This document shows, piece by piece, positions 30,722 through 43,091 of a stretch of 64,000 nucleotides of DNA. The notes beneath the pieces are model-generated. The model saw only the letters and a list, made by a program, of their open reading frames with translations, made no database searches and was not told where the DNA came from. The position numbers and the translations under genes are program-made. Every line of letters begins with the position of its first letter. Position 1 is the first letter of the stretch. The stretch is from Escherichia phage vB_EcoM_WL-3, in the sequence record MT968995.1; one strand, written 5' to 3'.

Positions 30722-30970
30722 TTACTTCAGTGTTACCACAAAGTGACGAACTGCTTTTCGTGCAGCAGAAGCCAGAGGCTTAGCATATTTAAGTTCATCT
30801 TTTTCCTGGAGCTCAGCAGCTAATGCAGTTTGAGCAGGATTCAGATGTTTGAAATAACGCAGGATTTCAAGGGCTTCGGCTTCAACATCAATAGATGCGC
30901 CATAGTTTTCGTGACCATTATTCCATGCGTTTCGTTGCAGTTCAAGAGCGTGTTGTAATTGTTTAATCAT
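30722..30970 (-). CDS. rIII: rIII lysis-inhibition accessory protein
   Basis: 82-aa ORF, length and position (adjacent to gene 31) match T4 rIII. Confidence 0.85.
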   Translation of the reverse strand: MIKQLQHALELQRNAWNNGHENYGASIDVEAEALEILRYFKHLNPAQTALAAELQEKDELKYAKPLASAARKAVRHFVVTLK

Positions 30971-31108
30971 TTAAAAATTCTCGTTAGAGATTAAAACTCG
31001 GTAGTCACGTTCTTCTGAATTTCATCTTCTTTCGACAGATCTCTCAGTTGTAGACTACCACATAGAATTGTTCGGTTAACTTATTATTCCGACACCCAAT
31101 TCATATTA

Positions 31109-31116
31109 TTATTTAT
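31109..31116 (-). promoter_or_regulatory. Candidate late promoter (TATAAATA on minus strand) in the 31/rIII intergenic region
   Basis: Plus-strand tatttata; about 140 bp upstream of rIII, so the assignment is tentative. Confidence 0.4.
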
Positions 31117-31117
31117 A

Positions 31118-31453
31118 TCACTTATAAAGACACGGAATAGCTTTATAGTGACAAGTAACGAATTTTTGTTTAATTTCTTTTGGCTGCTTAAGACCCAGAG
31201 CTACAAAAGGATGCGGAACGTTTCGAATTTGACCAACTGGAAGAGAAGTCAAATCACCAACTTCGCAGAAACCTTCAGGAACATCAGGACCAACAGAGTG
31301 AACTACGCACAGTTCAGGAACTTCGCCTTGAACACGTTTACCGATAATAAGTCCTGATTCTGTAACTTCTTCATCACCGGCTTGTGCAGGTTCAGAAACT
31401 AAAATAACGTATTCACCGACAGCACGAATTGGTAGCTGTTGTACTTCAGACAT
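31118..31453 (-). CDS. 31: Co-chaperonin gp31 (GroES analogue)
   Basis: 111-aa ORF, length and position match T4 gp31. Confidence 0.9.
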
Positions 31454-31509
31454 CGTTTTTCCTTTTTGTTAACAGATGAATTAATAATAACAAATAATTC
31501 TTAAAGCAT

Positions 31510-31818
31510 TTATTTACCAATAAATTGAAGTAAATGCTCAACTTTCATGCCATTAACGGAAATCAATTTGTCAATAGAAAAACCTCGCCATGCACCAAGC
31601 TCAACATCAAATACTGGAATCATATCAGTAGATTCTTTCCGAGTAGATTCAGTCAATTTACCGGTTTGCATGGTTGGCATAAAGTCTGCATCACGAGTAC
31701 CTTTCATAGTACGAATAGTACCATCAGACTTTTCAAAAACCACGTTTGAAATACCCATGGACAATTTAGTTTTCAAAATTTCACGAATTGCTACTTTTTG
31801 CTCAGTCGTCAGTTTCAT
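31510..31818 (-). CDS. Hypothetical protein (31.1-like)
   Basis: 102-aa ORF. Confidence 0.6.
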   Translation of the reverse strand: MKLTTEQKVAIREILKTKLSMGISNVVFEKSDGTIRTMKGTRDADFMPTMQTGKLTESTRKESTDMIPVFDVELGAWRGFSIDKLISVNGMKVEHLLQFIGK

Positions 31819-32055
31819 TTATTTACCTATCACAGTTTTAATATGGGTTGTTCCACGTTCTTTAAGAGTGGAAAGCAATTTTTGGCATTTTTCTAAATCA
31901 GATTTCCAACTATACGGTCTATCAATACAAACCCATTCTGACTTATAATACTGCTTCCATTTAGAGAAAAAATATTTCTTATACTCTACAGCAAATGAAA
32001 TGTTCTCGTTAGAATAAGAACTAATTGCTGTGAGTTGTACCAAACGAAATTTCAT
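31819..32055 (-). CDS. Hypothetical protein (31.2-like)
   Basis: 78-aa ORF; stop overlaps the cd start. Confidence 0.55.
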   Translation of the reverse strand: MKFRLVQLTAISSYSNENISFAVEYKKYFFSKWKQYYKSEWVCIDRPYSWKSDLEKCQKLLSTLKERGTTHIKTVIGK

Positions 32056-32636
32056 TATTCACCACAGAATTCGTTGATATTTTCCCAATTTAACTTATTC
32101 AAGTTTTTCTTAGGAACATTAAACACTTCAATACCCGCATTTCGCAGAATATCATCCCAGCCAGGTTTATTTTTATCGTATGTTTCGCAATAAACCAGCT
32201 TTTTAATACCAGATTGAGCTATCGCTTTTGCGCAATCTGGGCAAGGAGAAAGTGTTACATACATAGTAGCACCTTCAATTGAAGAACCGTTTCGTGCAGC
32301 AAACAAAATCGCATTTAGTTCAGCGTGAATTTCATTTTTAGACGACCATTCAGAGTGCGCGCTACGGTGTTCTTTCGCCAAGACAAAACGATCAGTTGAA
32401 CCAAATGATACACATTCAGGCTTATGACCTTGAATGATAGTATGTTTAGGCTTATTCAGCAACCAACCTTGCTCAGCAGCATAATCACAGCAGTTCACAC
32501 CACCTGCAGGTGAACCATTATATCCAGTAGAAATAATACGTCCATTCTTTTCAATTACTGCTCCTACTTTCCAGGAGCAACATTTTGATTCTTGTGATAC
32601 TAAATATGCAATTTGAAGTACTGTACTCGCTTTCAT
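32055..32636 (-). CDS. cd: dCMP deaminase
   Basis: 193-aa ORF with the cytidine/dCMP deaminase zinc motif HAE...PCxxC; matches T4 Cd length. Confidence 0.92.
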   Translation of the reverse strand: MKASTVLQIAYLVSQESKCCSWKVGAVIEKNGRIISTGYNGSPAGGVNCCDYAAEQGWLLNKPKHTIIQGHKPECVSFGSTDRFVLAKEHRSAHSEWSSKNEIHAELNAILFAARNGSSIEGATMYVTLSPCPDCAKAIAQSGIKKLVYCETYDKNKPGWDDILRNAGIEVFNVPKKNLNKLNWENINEFCGE

Positions 32637-32971
32637 TTCATAATCACCAGATAAGCAGATTTAGCAGTTTCAACACGATAAATTTCGTGACGAAGTTTAG
32701 TTATACTTTTAATAACAGAACTAATTATATTCTGCCCATCTTTAAAGCGGTTTTTCTTATCAATAAAAATTGCACCAGCCATCTTTTTGTGAAGCTCAAC
32801 TGGATACTTCGTCACAATAATAGCATCATACACAGAAGGATGAATACTATTCACTAGAGTATCGTTCATTAAAGTTATTCTAATGAACTGTGCTGTTTCA
32901 GAGTCAAGCGCTCTATGATCGCCAGTATCATTTTCAAGACAATTATCAATTATATCAGTTAAATTCATCAT
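32633..32971 (-). CDS. Hypothetical protein (cd.1-like)
   Basis: 112-aa ORF. Confidence 0.6.
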   Translation of the reverse strand: MMNLTDIIDNCLENDTGDHRALDSETAQFIRITLMNDTLVNSIHPSVYDAIIVTKYPVELHKKMAGAIFIDKKNRFKDGQNIISSVIKSITKLRHEIYRVETAKSAYLVIMK

Positions 32972-33204
32972 AGTACGCCATACACCCTTTGTGCTTCAAC
33001 TAATCCATCAAAATCCAATTTGAGATGTGTTATTTGGTCACCATCACCTGGATTCACAATTACTAATACCGAACGAGGAGTTTCGGTAATAACACGAACC
33101 GACGTTTCAGGAAATCGTTCAGAAACCTTATTTACCAATTCTTGAGCAAATAGTTTAACTTTTTCTTGGAATTCTTTAACAGTAATTGGTTTTTCGCTTA
33201 GCAT
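32968..33204 (-). CDS. Hypothetical protein (cd.2-like)
   Basis: 78-aa ORF. Confidence 0.6.
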   Translation of the reverse strand: MLSEKPITVKEFQEKVKLFAQELVNKVSERFPETSVRVITETPRSVLVIVNPGDGDQITHLKLDFDGLVEAQRVYGVL

Positions 33205-33725
33205 GTTGATCCTAGCTCCTTACTTTCAACATTTTTAACTAATTTGACAGAAACTAATTCAGCATCTTGGGTAATCATTACCGGACCTTCTTCATGCTCT
33301 TCAAGATATTCTAGAGCTTTCTTTTTAGCTTCTTCCTTCGTATCAGTTTGAGCATAGATATAGAACATACAACCAGTAATACCTACTACTTTCCACTTAA
33401 TTTCTTTATCAGTTTTAATTTCAAATTTACTTACAGAATCATCTTTTTGAACTTCTTCGAAAAAAGAATATTCTAACATATAAGCAATTGAAAATAACGG
33501 GCTAACTTTATAGGATTCACCCATTACATCAACAGCTTTATACCAACAATCATCAATTTCACGTTTAATGCTAATAACATTTTTCGCAGGATCTATTTTT
33601 ACTTTAAATGAATTTTCCCCAATAAACTGGGCAATTCGTTTATTAGCCCCGCAAGTTTCATTAAAAATATCTTTATACCCAGTTTTAAAGCGATAAACCT
33701 TATCTTCTTCAAACCATTCGCTCAT
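33198..33725 (-). CDS. Hypothetical protein (cd.3-like)
   Basis: 175-aa ORF downstream of an early promoter. Confidence 0.65.
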   Translation of the reverse strand: MSEWFEEDKVYRFKTGYKDIFNETCGANKRIAQFIGENSFKVKIDPAKNVISIKREIDDCWYKAVDVMGESYKVSPLFSIAYMLEYSFFEEVQKDDSVSKFEIKTDKEIKWKVVGITGCMFYIYAQTDTKEEAKKKALEYLEEHEEGPVMITQDAELVSVKLVKNVESKELGSTC

Positions 33726-33755
33726 TTCAATTTCCTCGTTTGTTTTGGTAGAGCT

Positions 33756-33785
33756 ATAATATCACAACTCTACCGTAAAGTAAAC
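33756..33785 (-). promoter_or_regulatory. T4 early-type promoter (GTTTAC-N18-TATTAT)
   Basis: Minus-strand GTTTACTTTACGGTAGAGTTGTGATATTAT upstream of the 33198..33725 ORF. Confidence 0.5.
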
Positions 33786-33786
33786 T

Positions 33787-34062
33787 TTAAATTGCTTTGA
33801 ATTCTGATGTCTGTGATTCAAAGCGAATATCGCCTTTGATGACTAGCTCAGCATCAAGACCGAATACGACAATGATATGCGCGGAACCTGGATACAACGT
33901 GATGGCAACAGAATCCACCTGGTCTGGAAGCAAAGTGTTCAATACATGAGTCACTTGAGCATGGATTCGAAGCTCAGCTGCGTTATCAAGTTTTTCAAAC
34001 ATATTATTAGCGATAATTTGGCTAAACACTACTTCTACGATTTTAGAGTAAGTCGGAAACAT
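33787..34062 (-). CDS. Hypothetical protein (cd.4-like)
   Basis: 91-aa ORF. Confidence 0.6.
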   Translation of the reverse strand: MFPTYSKIVEVVFSQIIANNMFEKLDNAAELRIHAQVTHVLNTLLPDQVDSVAITLYPGSAHIIVVFGLDAELVIKGDIRFESQTSEFKAI

Positions 34063-34064
34063 AT

Positions 34065-34257
34065 TTACCTCACATAATTTTCTTCAAGCCAATCAATAAC
34101 ATCCAAAGCGTTATCAAAAGTTGCGCCATCTACTTTGTCTTCTGTTTCATAATCAAGAACATCTAGGCCTACTCTTCCGTCAACAATAGGCCATAGACAA
34201 AATAGATATTTCTTTTCTTTTTCAATTTTATCACAAAGACGATAAATCTTTTCTAGG

Positions 34258-34265
<8 letters not shown>
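34065..34265 (-). CDS. Hypothetical protein (cd.5-like)
   Basis: 66-aa acidic ORF. Confidence 0.55.
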
Positions 34266-35680
<1,415 letters not shown>

Positions 35681-35683
35681 TTA

Positions 35684-35914
35684 TTATTTCTCAACCAATG
35701 ATTGAATATAATCATGTAGGTCTTTAGATGCTTTACCCCACTTATTTTGGTATTCATTTTTAAGATTAGCACGTGATTGAGCTAATAAAACATCATTAGT
35801 TGGAGGTAAAGATTCTAACCGCTGAATCTGGCGTCCGTAAATCATTGCAGCTATCTCGGATTCATAAATCAATCCTTTGAGATGTTCAAATTGATGCCAT
35901 GAAATCATTTGCAT
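35684..35914 (-). CDS. Hypothetical protein
   Basis: 76-aa ORF. Confidence 0.55.
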   Translation of the reverse strand: MQMISWHQFEHLKGLIYESEIAAMIYGRQIQRLESLPPTNDVLLAQSRANLKNEYQNKWGKASKDLHDYIQSLVEK

Positions 35915-36204
35915 TTATCCTCTTTTAACTCTTGACGATAATAACATATCATAGTTTTCTGATCATGTACATATCGTTTTACATCATTGAGCCAAATACG
36001 AAATTCCTGGGAATCTTCGAATGGCATACCGACCCAAGCTTTACCATCAATAACTTTAACTTGCCAAAATAGTTTAGCTTCATCGTATGACTTTATCTGT
36101 ACAGGCCAATTAGGATGAACTGTTTCTTTCTTTACTTCTAGAGGCTTTGTCGAACAACCAGCTAGAAGACCGATAGATAATATTACTGCTGATAGTCTAA
36201 TCAT
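35905..36204 (-). CDS. Outer-membrane lipoprotein, o-spanin-like (Rz1 analogue)
   Basis: 99-aa ORF with signal peptide and lipobox LLAGC; immediately downstream of the i-spanin-like ORF and overlapping its end. Confidence 0.65.
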   Translation of the reverse strand: MIRLSAVILSIGLLAGCSTKPLEVKKETVHPNWPVQIKSYDEAKLFWQVKVIDGKAWVGMPFEDSQEFRIWLNDVKRYVHDQKTMICYYRQELKEDKCK

Positions 36205-36554
36205 TTAGAAAGGTCCTGGATGTCTTCTGCGAACTTGTTGAAGGAGTTGTTGATTTGTTTTTCAACCAATCCTGGCTTACGAGCCACCACATCCGCCTTC
36301 TTTGCATCTTTGCGCAGTTTTTCATTTTCACGCTCAATAGCAGCAATCGCCTCACGATTTTTATTATTCATCGCATCAATATAATTATACTGAATTCGCA
36401 AATTATTTAATGCTAAGGCGTTTTCATTGGCCGTTTTTGTAATTTCTACAACAGACGTTTCTAATCTTTCAATTTTATTTTTTAAAATTAAAGAAGTTCC
36501 GCCTAATGCAATTACAATTAATAGCAAACCTGCTGTCGTATTACTTAATTGCAT
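36201..36554 (-). CDS. Inner-membrane i-spanin-like protein (Rz analogue)
   Basis: 117-aa ORF with an N-terminal transmembrane segment followed by a charged coiled-coil-like region. Confidence 0.65.
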   Translation of the reverse strand: MQLSNTTAGLLLIVIALGGTSLILKNKIERLETSVVEITKTANENALALNNLRIQYNYIDAMNNKNREAIAAIERENEKLRKDAKKADVVARKPGLVEKQINNSFNKFAEDIQDLSK

Positions 36555-37051
36555 AAAGTTTTAATAACCTCTATAATATCGTCTTGAGAAAGACCGTTAA
36601 TTAAAATATGATGTTCAGCCGGAGATTTAGAAATTTTAAAGCATGCCTCAACATCTTCTGCCATATCCGATGCGCTACGATTTGGATTACTAATTCCAAG
36701 ACGATGTTTTCCCGTTAAAGGATTAACGATGATATAGCATTTACAGTTGTTAATATGAACATTAGGTTGAGTCTGATTAATGAACACATCGCAATCATAT
36801 TTCGCAAGCTGATTTTCTAAAAAGACTTTCATCTCCTCAACCGCATCAGGAAGCATATCACGGGCTTGCTCAAGACGACGATTTCGATATTCTTTAATGG
36901 TCGTTTTCCGCTTGACTTGCTTAGCTAAATCTTTCTTAAGATCGGTGATATATCCAACTCGACGATTTCCTTTAAATACAGAAATCCCATCTGTAGTATC
37001 ACCGTATGCTTCAACGACCATTTCAGTAGTAATAAGCTGCAAATCCATCAT
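36545..37051 (-). CDS. alc: Alc, inhibitor of host transcription
   Basis: 168-aa ORF (167 aa from the second Met), length and position match T4 Alc. Confidence 0.85.
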   Translation of the reverse strand: MMDLQLITTEMVVEAYGDTTDGISVFKGNRRVGYITDLKKDLAKQVKRKTTIKEYRNRRLEQARDMLPDAVEEMKVFLENQLAKYDCDVFINQTQPNVHINNCKCYIIVNPLTGKHRLGISNPNRSASDMAEDVEACFKISKSPAEHHILINGLSQDDIIEVIKTLCN

Positions 37052-37079
37052 AAAGTCCTCATGTTATGTCAGTAAGACT

Positions 37080-37109
37080 ACTATAACACAACACGAGGGA
37101 CTTGTAAAC
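37080..37109 (-). promoter_or_regulatory. T4 early-type promoter (GTTTAC-N18-TATAGT) for alc
   Basis: Minus-strand GTTTACAAGTCCCTCGTGTTGTGTTATAGT; about 50 bp near-identical to the cassette at 21278-21338. Confidence 0.6.
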
Positions 37110-37112
37110 AGC

Positions 37113-38700
<1,588 letters not shown>

Positions 38701-38705
38701 AATAA

Positions 38706-38719
38706 AATGGGCCTTGCGG
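38706..38719 (-). promoter_or_regulatory. Hairpin between the Shine-Dalgarno (AAGGAG) and the denA start codon
   Basis: Minus-strand AAGGAGT-GGGCC-GCAA-GGCCC-ATTTTATT-ATG; the stem-loop would bring the SD close to the AUG. Confidence 0.55.
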
Positions 38720-38727
38720 CCCACTCC

Positions 38728-39906
38728 TTAAAAGTATTTTTTAAAACTCATCATAACTTTATCATCAACATCATTATCAATCTGTGCAACAAGATAAGAT
38801 GACAGTTCTACTTCTTGTGGCGCTGATTGAACATTATCAGAATTAAGATATTCACGAATCCAAGGATATGGATGTTTAACCGGAGCATCGGTAATTGGGC
38901 ATGGAAGACCACACTGTTTCATACGAGATACAGTTAAGTAATCAATAAAGCTCCACATGCTATTTGTATTTAATCCAGGAACATCGCCATCTTTAAATAA
39001 ATGAACTGCCCAATCTTTTTCTTGGCGGTTAACTTCCATGAAAATATCAACTGCTTCTTGTTCACACTCTTGAGCAATTTTAACCCATTGATCGCCATCA
39101 GTACCAGATTGAAGTTGACGAATAATATATTGTGTACCTTTAAGATGAAGCTGCTCATCACGTGCAATAAATTTCATAATCTTCGCATTACCTTCCATGA
39201 TTTCCATGTTCTTATGGAAGTTGAAAGTACATGCAAAGGATACATAAAAACGAATAGCTTCCAGAGCATTGATAACGTGCAGACAGAGATAAAGCGACTT
39301 CATTAGCTCACGCTTCCAATATGTCTCATGCTCAATAGCATCTTCAATAACGTCTTCGTCTGCATTAATTTCTTTTTGGTATTCGATATCAGCTTTAGCG
39401 TTTTCCCAATAACGAGTTTTAATCAGAACATCATCATAATAACGTCCAATGGATTCAGCACGTTTCATAATAGCTTCATCTAATACAATTTCATCAAATA
39501 CCTTCGATGGATCAGTATAAAGATTTCGCATGATATGAGTATATGAACGACTGTGAATAGTTTCACTAAAAGTCCATGTAGCAACCCATGTATCAAGGCT
39601 TGGGTCTGAAATTAATGACATAAGTACAGCAGATGGCGCGCGACCCTGAATGCTATCTAAAAGTGATTGATACTTCAAGTTGTTAGTAAAAATATTTTGC
39701 TGATACTGAGGAAGCTTATTAAACTGTGCAGCATCCATCATCAAGTTTACTTCTTCAGGACGCCAGAAAAATGATAATTGCTTTTCGGTTAAATCTTCAA
39801 AAACTTTATGACGTTGAATATCATAACGCGCAATACCAAGACCTGAACCAAAAAACATAGGTTCTTTTAAAACGTCAACTGGATTTGTATTAAAAACTGT
39901 GCTCAT
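38728..39906 (-). CDS. nrdB: Ribonucleotide reductase small subunit (intron-less)
   Basis: Continuous 392-aa ORF with no interruption. Confidence 0.92.
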   Translation of the reverse strand: MSTVFNTNPVDVLKEPMFFGSGLGIARYDIQRHKVFEDLTEKQLSFFWRPEEVNLMMDAAQFNKLPQYQQNIFTNNLKYQSLLDSIQGRAPSAVLMSLISDPSLDTWVATWTFSETIHSRSYTHIMRNLYTDPSKVFDEIVLDEAIMKRAESIGRYYDDVLIKTRYWENAKADIEYQKEINADEDVIEDAIEHETYWKRELMKSLYLCLHVINALEAIRFYVSFACTFNFHKNMEIMEGNAKIMKFIARDEQLHLKGTQYIIRQLQSGTDGDQWVKIAQECEQEAVDIFMEVNRQEKDWAVHLFKDGDVPGLNTNSMWSFIDYLTVSRMKQCGLPCPITDAPVKHPYPWIREYLNSDNVQSAPQEVELSSYLVAQIDNDVDDKVMMSFKKYF

Positions 39907-39957
39907 AAATTTTCCGCTTAGTTAATAGTTGGTGACTCGTCCGTGAGTCAAATTATA

Positions 39958-42222
39958 TCATAATTTACAGGATGAACAATCTTCAGCTTTTGGAGTTTCT
40001 ATTTCATAATCATCAGTACCAGAACCATCGCGGGTATTATGATAATAGAAATTTTTTCCGCCAAAATACCAAAAATACAAAAGGTCATCAATCATTATTG
40101 ACATTGGAACCTTTCCTTTAGGGAAGATTTGGGGGTCATAGTATGTATTCGCTGAAGCTGATTGACATACCCATTTCAGCATAATAGCTACTTGCGTAAG
40201 ATAAGGTTTATTACCTTTCTTAGCTAATTTCCATGTATAATCATAGAGGTCTATGTTATGCTCAATATTGGGCACGACTTGATTAAAGGAACCCTCTTTT
40301 GATTCTTTAACACTTACCGGTCCACGTGGAGGCTCGATACCGTTTGTACTGTTAGAAACTTGGGAAGATGACTCACATGGCATAAGTGCTGATAATGTGC
40401 TATTACGGATGCCAAAGAGCTTAAGGTCTTCCCGCAGCGACGACCAGTCACAAACGTATTTTGGAGCTGCGATTTGGTCAATCTTTTTATTGTACCAGTC
40501 GATAGGTAATTCGCCTCGAGACCAACGAGTGTCTGAATAATATTCGCAAGGTCCTTTTTCTTTGGCGAGCTTAATGGATGCTTTAATGAGTCCATACTGT
40601 AATCTCTCAAATAGTTCATGTGTTAAATCGTTAGCATCTTCATAAGAAGCAAAGTTACTTGCCAGCCAAGCTGCATAGTTAGTAACACCTACACCAAGGT
40701 TACGACGCCTTTTAGCTTTTTCTGCTTCAGGAACTGGATATCCTTGGTAATCCAAAAGATTATCAAGAGCACGAACTTGGACTTCTGCCAATTCATTAAT
40801 TTTATCTTGGTCTTGCCAATCGAAGTTATCCAACACAAATGCAGATAACGTGCACAATCCAATTTCAGCATCAGGGCTATTCACATCATTTGTTGGAATA
40901 GCAATTTCACAGCACAAGTTACTCTGACGAATAGGTGCCTTTTCACGAATAAACGGAGTATAGTTATTCGTATTATCAATGAACTGCACATAAATCCTTG
41001 CTGTTCCTGAACGTTCAGTCATGAGCAATTCAAATAGTTCACGGGCTTTAATACGCTTTTTGCGAATATTAGGGTCTTTTTCTGCTGCTTCGTATAATTC
41101 ACGGAAACGGTCTTGGTCTTTAAAATAAGAATAATAAAGCTCGCCACCCATTTCATGCGGACTGAACAAAGTAATGTAATCGTTCTTTCCGAATCGTTCC
41201 ATCATCAAATCATTCAGCTGAACACCATAATCCATATGACGGATACGGTTTTCTTCTACACCTTTGTTATTTTTCAAAACGAGAAGATTTTCAACTTCCA
41301 AATGCCAAATAGGATAATAAGCAGTAGCAGCGCCGCCACGAATTCCACCCTGTGAACATGATTTAACAGCAGTCTGAAAATGTTTCCAAAAAGGAATAAC
41401 GCCAGTATGACGTACTTCACCTGTGCCAATCTTAGAACCTTCAGCACGAATCATACCAACGTTAATGCCAATTCCAGCTCGTTTAGAAATATACTCAACA
41501 ATTGAAGCAGAAGCCTTATTAATAGACTTTAATGAATCACCTGCCTCAATAACAACACATGAACTAAACTGTCGAGTTGGAGTACGACAACCAGCCATAA
41601 TAGGAGTTGGCAGTGAAATCTGTCGAGTGGATACTGCTTCATAAAAACGGATAACGTGTTTTAATCTATCAACAGGTTCATCTTGATGCAATGCCATTCC
41701 AATAGTCATAAATGCAAACTGTGGAGTTTCATAAATTTGACCAGTGGTTTTATCTTTAACAAGATATTTTTCTTTTAATTGCATCGCCCCGGAATAAGTA
41801 AATTCCATATCCCGCTCGTGCTTAATTTTTGATTCTAAAAATGTAATTTCTTCTGCAGAATATTTTGACAACAATTCAGGGTCGTATTTACCTTCATTTA
41901 CACAGTAAGAAATATGGTCAATAAATGAACGCGGTTCATATTGCCCATAAACATGCTTACGAAGAGCGAACATTAAACAGCGTGCAGCTACGTATTGATA
42001 ATCAGGCTCTTCAACTGAAATAGAATTCGCAGCAGCCTTAATTACAATGGTTTGAATGTCATCAGTTGTCATTCCATCACGGAGATATGATTTAATATTT
42101 TCATATAATTCATAAGGATCTACTGATGTTCCTTCAGCTGCCCAAGATAAAACTTTAATAATTTTTTGTGGGTCAAAGCTCTGAGAAACACCACTACTTT
42201 TGATAACATTAATTAATTGCAT
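39958..42222 (-). CDS. nrdA: Ribonucleotide reductase large subunit
   Basis: 754-aa ORF, same length as T4 NrdA. Confidence 0.95.
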   Translation of the reverse strand: MQLINVIKSSGVSQSFDPQKIIKVLSWAAEGTSVDPYELYENIKSYLRDGMTTDDIQTIVIKAAANSISVEEPDYQYVAARCLMFALRKHVYGQYEPRSFIDHISYCVNEGKYDPELLSKYSAEEITFLESKIKHERDMEFTYSGAMQLKEKYLVKDKTTGQIYETPQFAFMTIGMALHQDEPVDRLKHVIRFYEAVSTRQISLPTPIMAGCRTPTRQFSSCVVIEAGDSLKSINKASASIVEYISKRAGIGINVGMIRAEGSKIGTGEVRHTGVIPFWKHFQTAVKSCSQGGIRGGAATAYYPIWHLEVENLLVLKNNKGVEENRIRHMDYGVQLNDLMMERFGKNDYITLFSPHEMGGELYYSYFKDQDRFRELYEAAEKDPNIRKKRIKARELFELLMTERSGTARIYVQFIDNTNNYTPFIREKAPIRQSNLCCEIAIPTNDVNSPDAEIGLCTLSAFVLDNFDWQDQDKINELAEVQVRALDNLLDYQGYPVPEAEKAKRRRNLGVGVTNYAAWLASNFASYEDANDLTHELFERLQYGLIKASIKLAKEKGPCEYYSDTRWSRGELPIDWYNKKIDQIAAPKYVCDWSSLREDLKLFGIRNSTLSALMPCESSSQVSNSTNGIEPPRGPVSVKESKEGSFNQVVPNIEHNIDLYDYTWKLAKKGNKPYLTQVAIMLKWVCQSASANTYYDPQIFPKGKVPMSIMIDDLLYFWYFGGKNFYYHNTRDGSGTDDYEIETPKAEDCSSCKL

Positions 42223-42539
42223 AAGTCCTCAACTTGAAAATCGTCTTTAAACAATCGGTTAACTATATGAGCTATTATATCACCATGACACGGCTTTGGT
42301 TTACATGTGCATCCTAGCCTCATTCCACGTAAAGGCTCTAAATGTGCTTTAGTTATTTCTCCGGATTTAATTCGACGTATAAAATCTTTTTTGAATAATT
42401 CAATGGCAACCTCCCGGCTGCCAGCATCTTTACCGACGTAATTTCCCCAAAATGTACCACGGTGAATATTAACATCAAAGTCGGATTTATATTTATTCAC
42501 TACCTGGCATAGACGGCCCGCGCGGTGATAATTCGTCAT
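42213..42539 (-). CDS. Hypothetical protein (nrdA.1-like)
   Basis: 108-aa ORF overlapping the nrdA start. Confidence 0.6.
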   Translation of the reverse strand: MTNYHRAGRLCQVVNKYKSDFDVNIHRGTFWGNYVGKDAGSREVAIELFKKDFIRRIKSGEITKAHLEPLRGMRLGCTCKPKPCHGDIIAHIVNRLFKDDFQVEDLCN

Positions 42540-42756
42540 ATTGTTTTTCCGTTAAAACAGTAATATCATAGTAACAATCTGAAGAAGTTTTAACTGTAGA
42601 AATTTTATTATCAAAATACTCACGAGTCATTTTATGAGTATAATATTTTTTGCCATAAATGATAATAGGCTGATTTGGTCCTGGAACTTCTAACTCACTT
42701 GGATTAGGAAGTGTAAAAAGAACTGCACCAGAAGTATCTTTAAATCGTAAAATCAT
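42493..42756 (-). CDS. Hypothetical protein (nrdA.2-like)
   Basis: 87-aa ORF. Confidence 0.55.
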   Translation of the reverse strand: MILRFKDTSGAVLFTLPNPSELEVPGPNQPIIIYGKKYYTHKMTREYFDNKISTVKTSSDCYYDITVLTEKQYDELSPRGPSMPGSE

Positions 42757-42779
42757 ATATCCTCACAGTTAATAATTAA

Positions 42780-43091
42780 TTACACCGCCATTTTTCCTTT
42801 AATAGGAGGGTGTGATTCGTAACCTTTAAGAACGAAATCTTTAGGCCTGAGTTTAAGAACATATTCCAATTGTTCTTTAGTAGAAAGATAGCGGAATTTA
42901 TAAGGCAATCCGCCTATTACCAGTTCACAAAGCTCTTTAGGTTCACGACGTAAAATTTCTTTACATTGTTCCACGTGGTTCATATAGATATGAGTATTAC
43001 CGCCAGAAAATATCAAATCTCCAGGAATAAGATTACACATCTTAGCTACAATATGAACCAACGCAGCATATGATGCAATATTAAATGGAAG
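42780..43091 (-). CDS. td: Thymidylate synthase, exon 2
   Basis: Encodes LPFNIASYA...KGKMAV; joined to exon 1 it gives a 286-aa TS; 3-prime splice site after the G at 43092. Confidence 0.92.
   Translation of the reverse strand, partial: LPFNIASYAALVHIVAKMCNLIPGDLIFSGGNTHIYMNHVEQCKEILRREPKELCELVIGGLPYKFRYLSTKEQLEYVLKLRPKDFVLKGYESHPPIKGKMAV

Noticed and set aside
39907-39957. Possible promoter or remnant of a mobE-type insertion between nrdA and nrdB
   Set aside because: Only about 50 bp with a short inverted repeat (gactc...gagtc) and weak TTGACT/TATAAT-like matches; too short for an endonuclease remnant and too weak to call a promoter.
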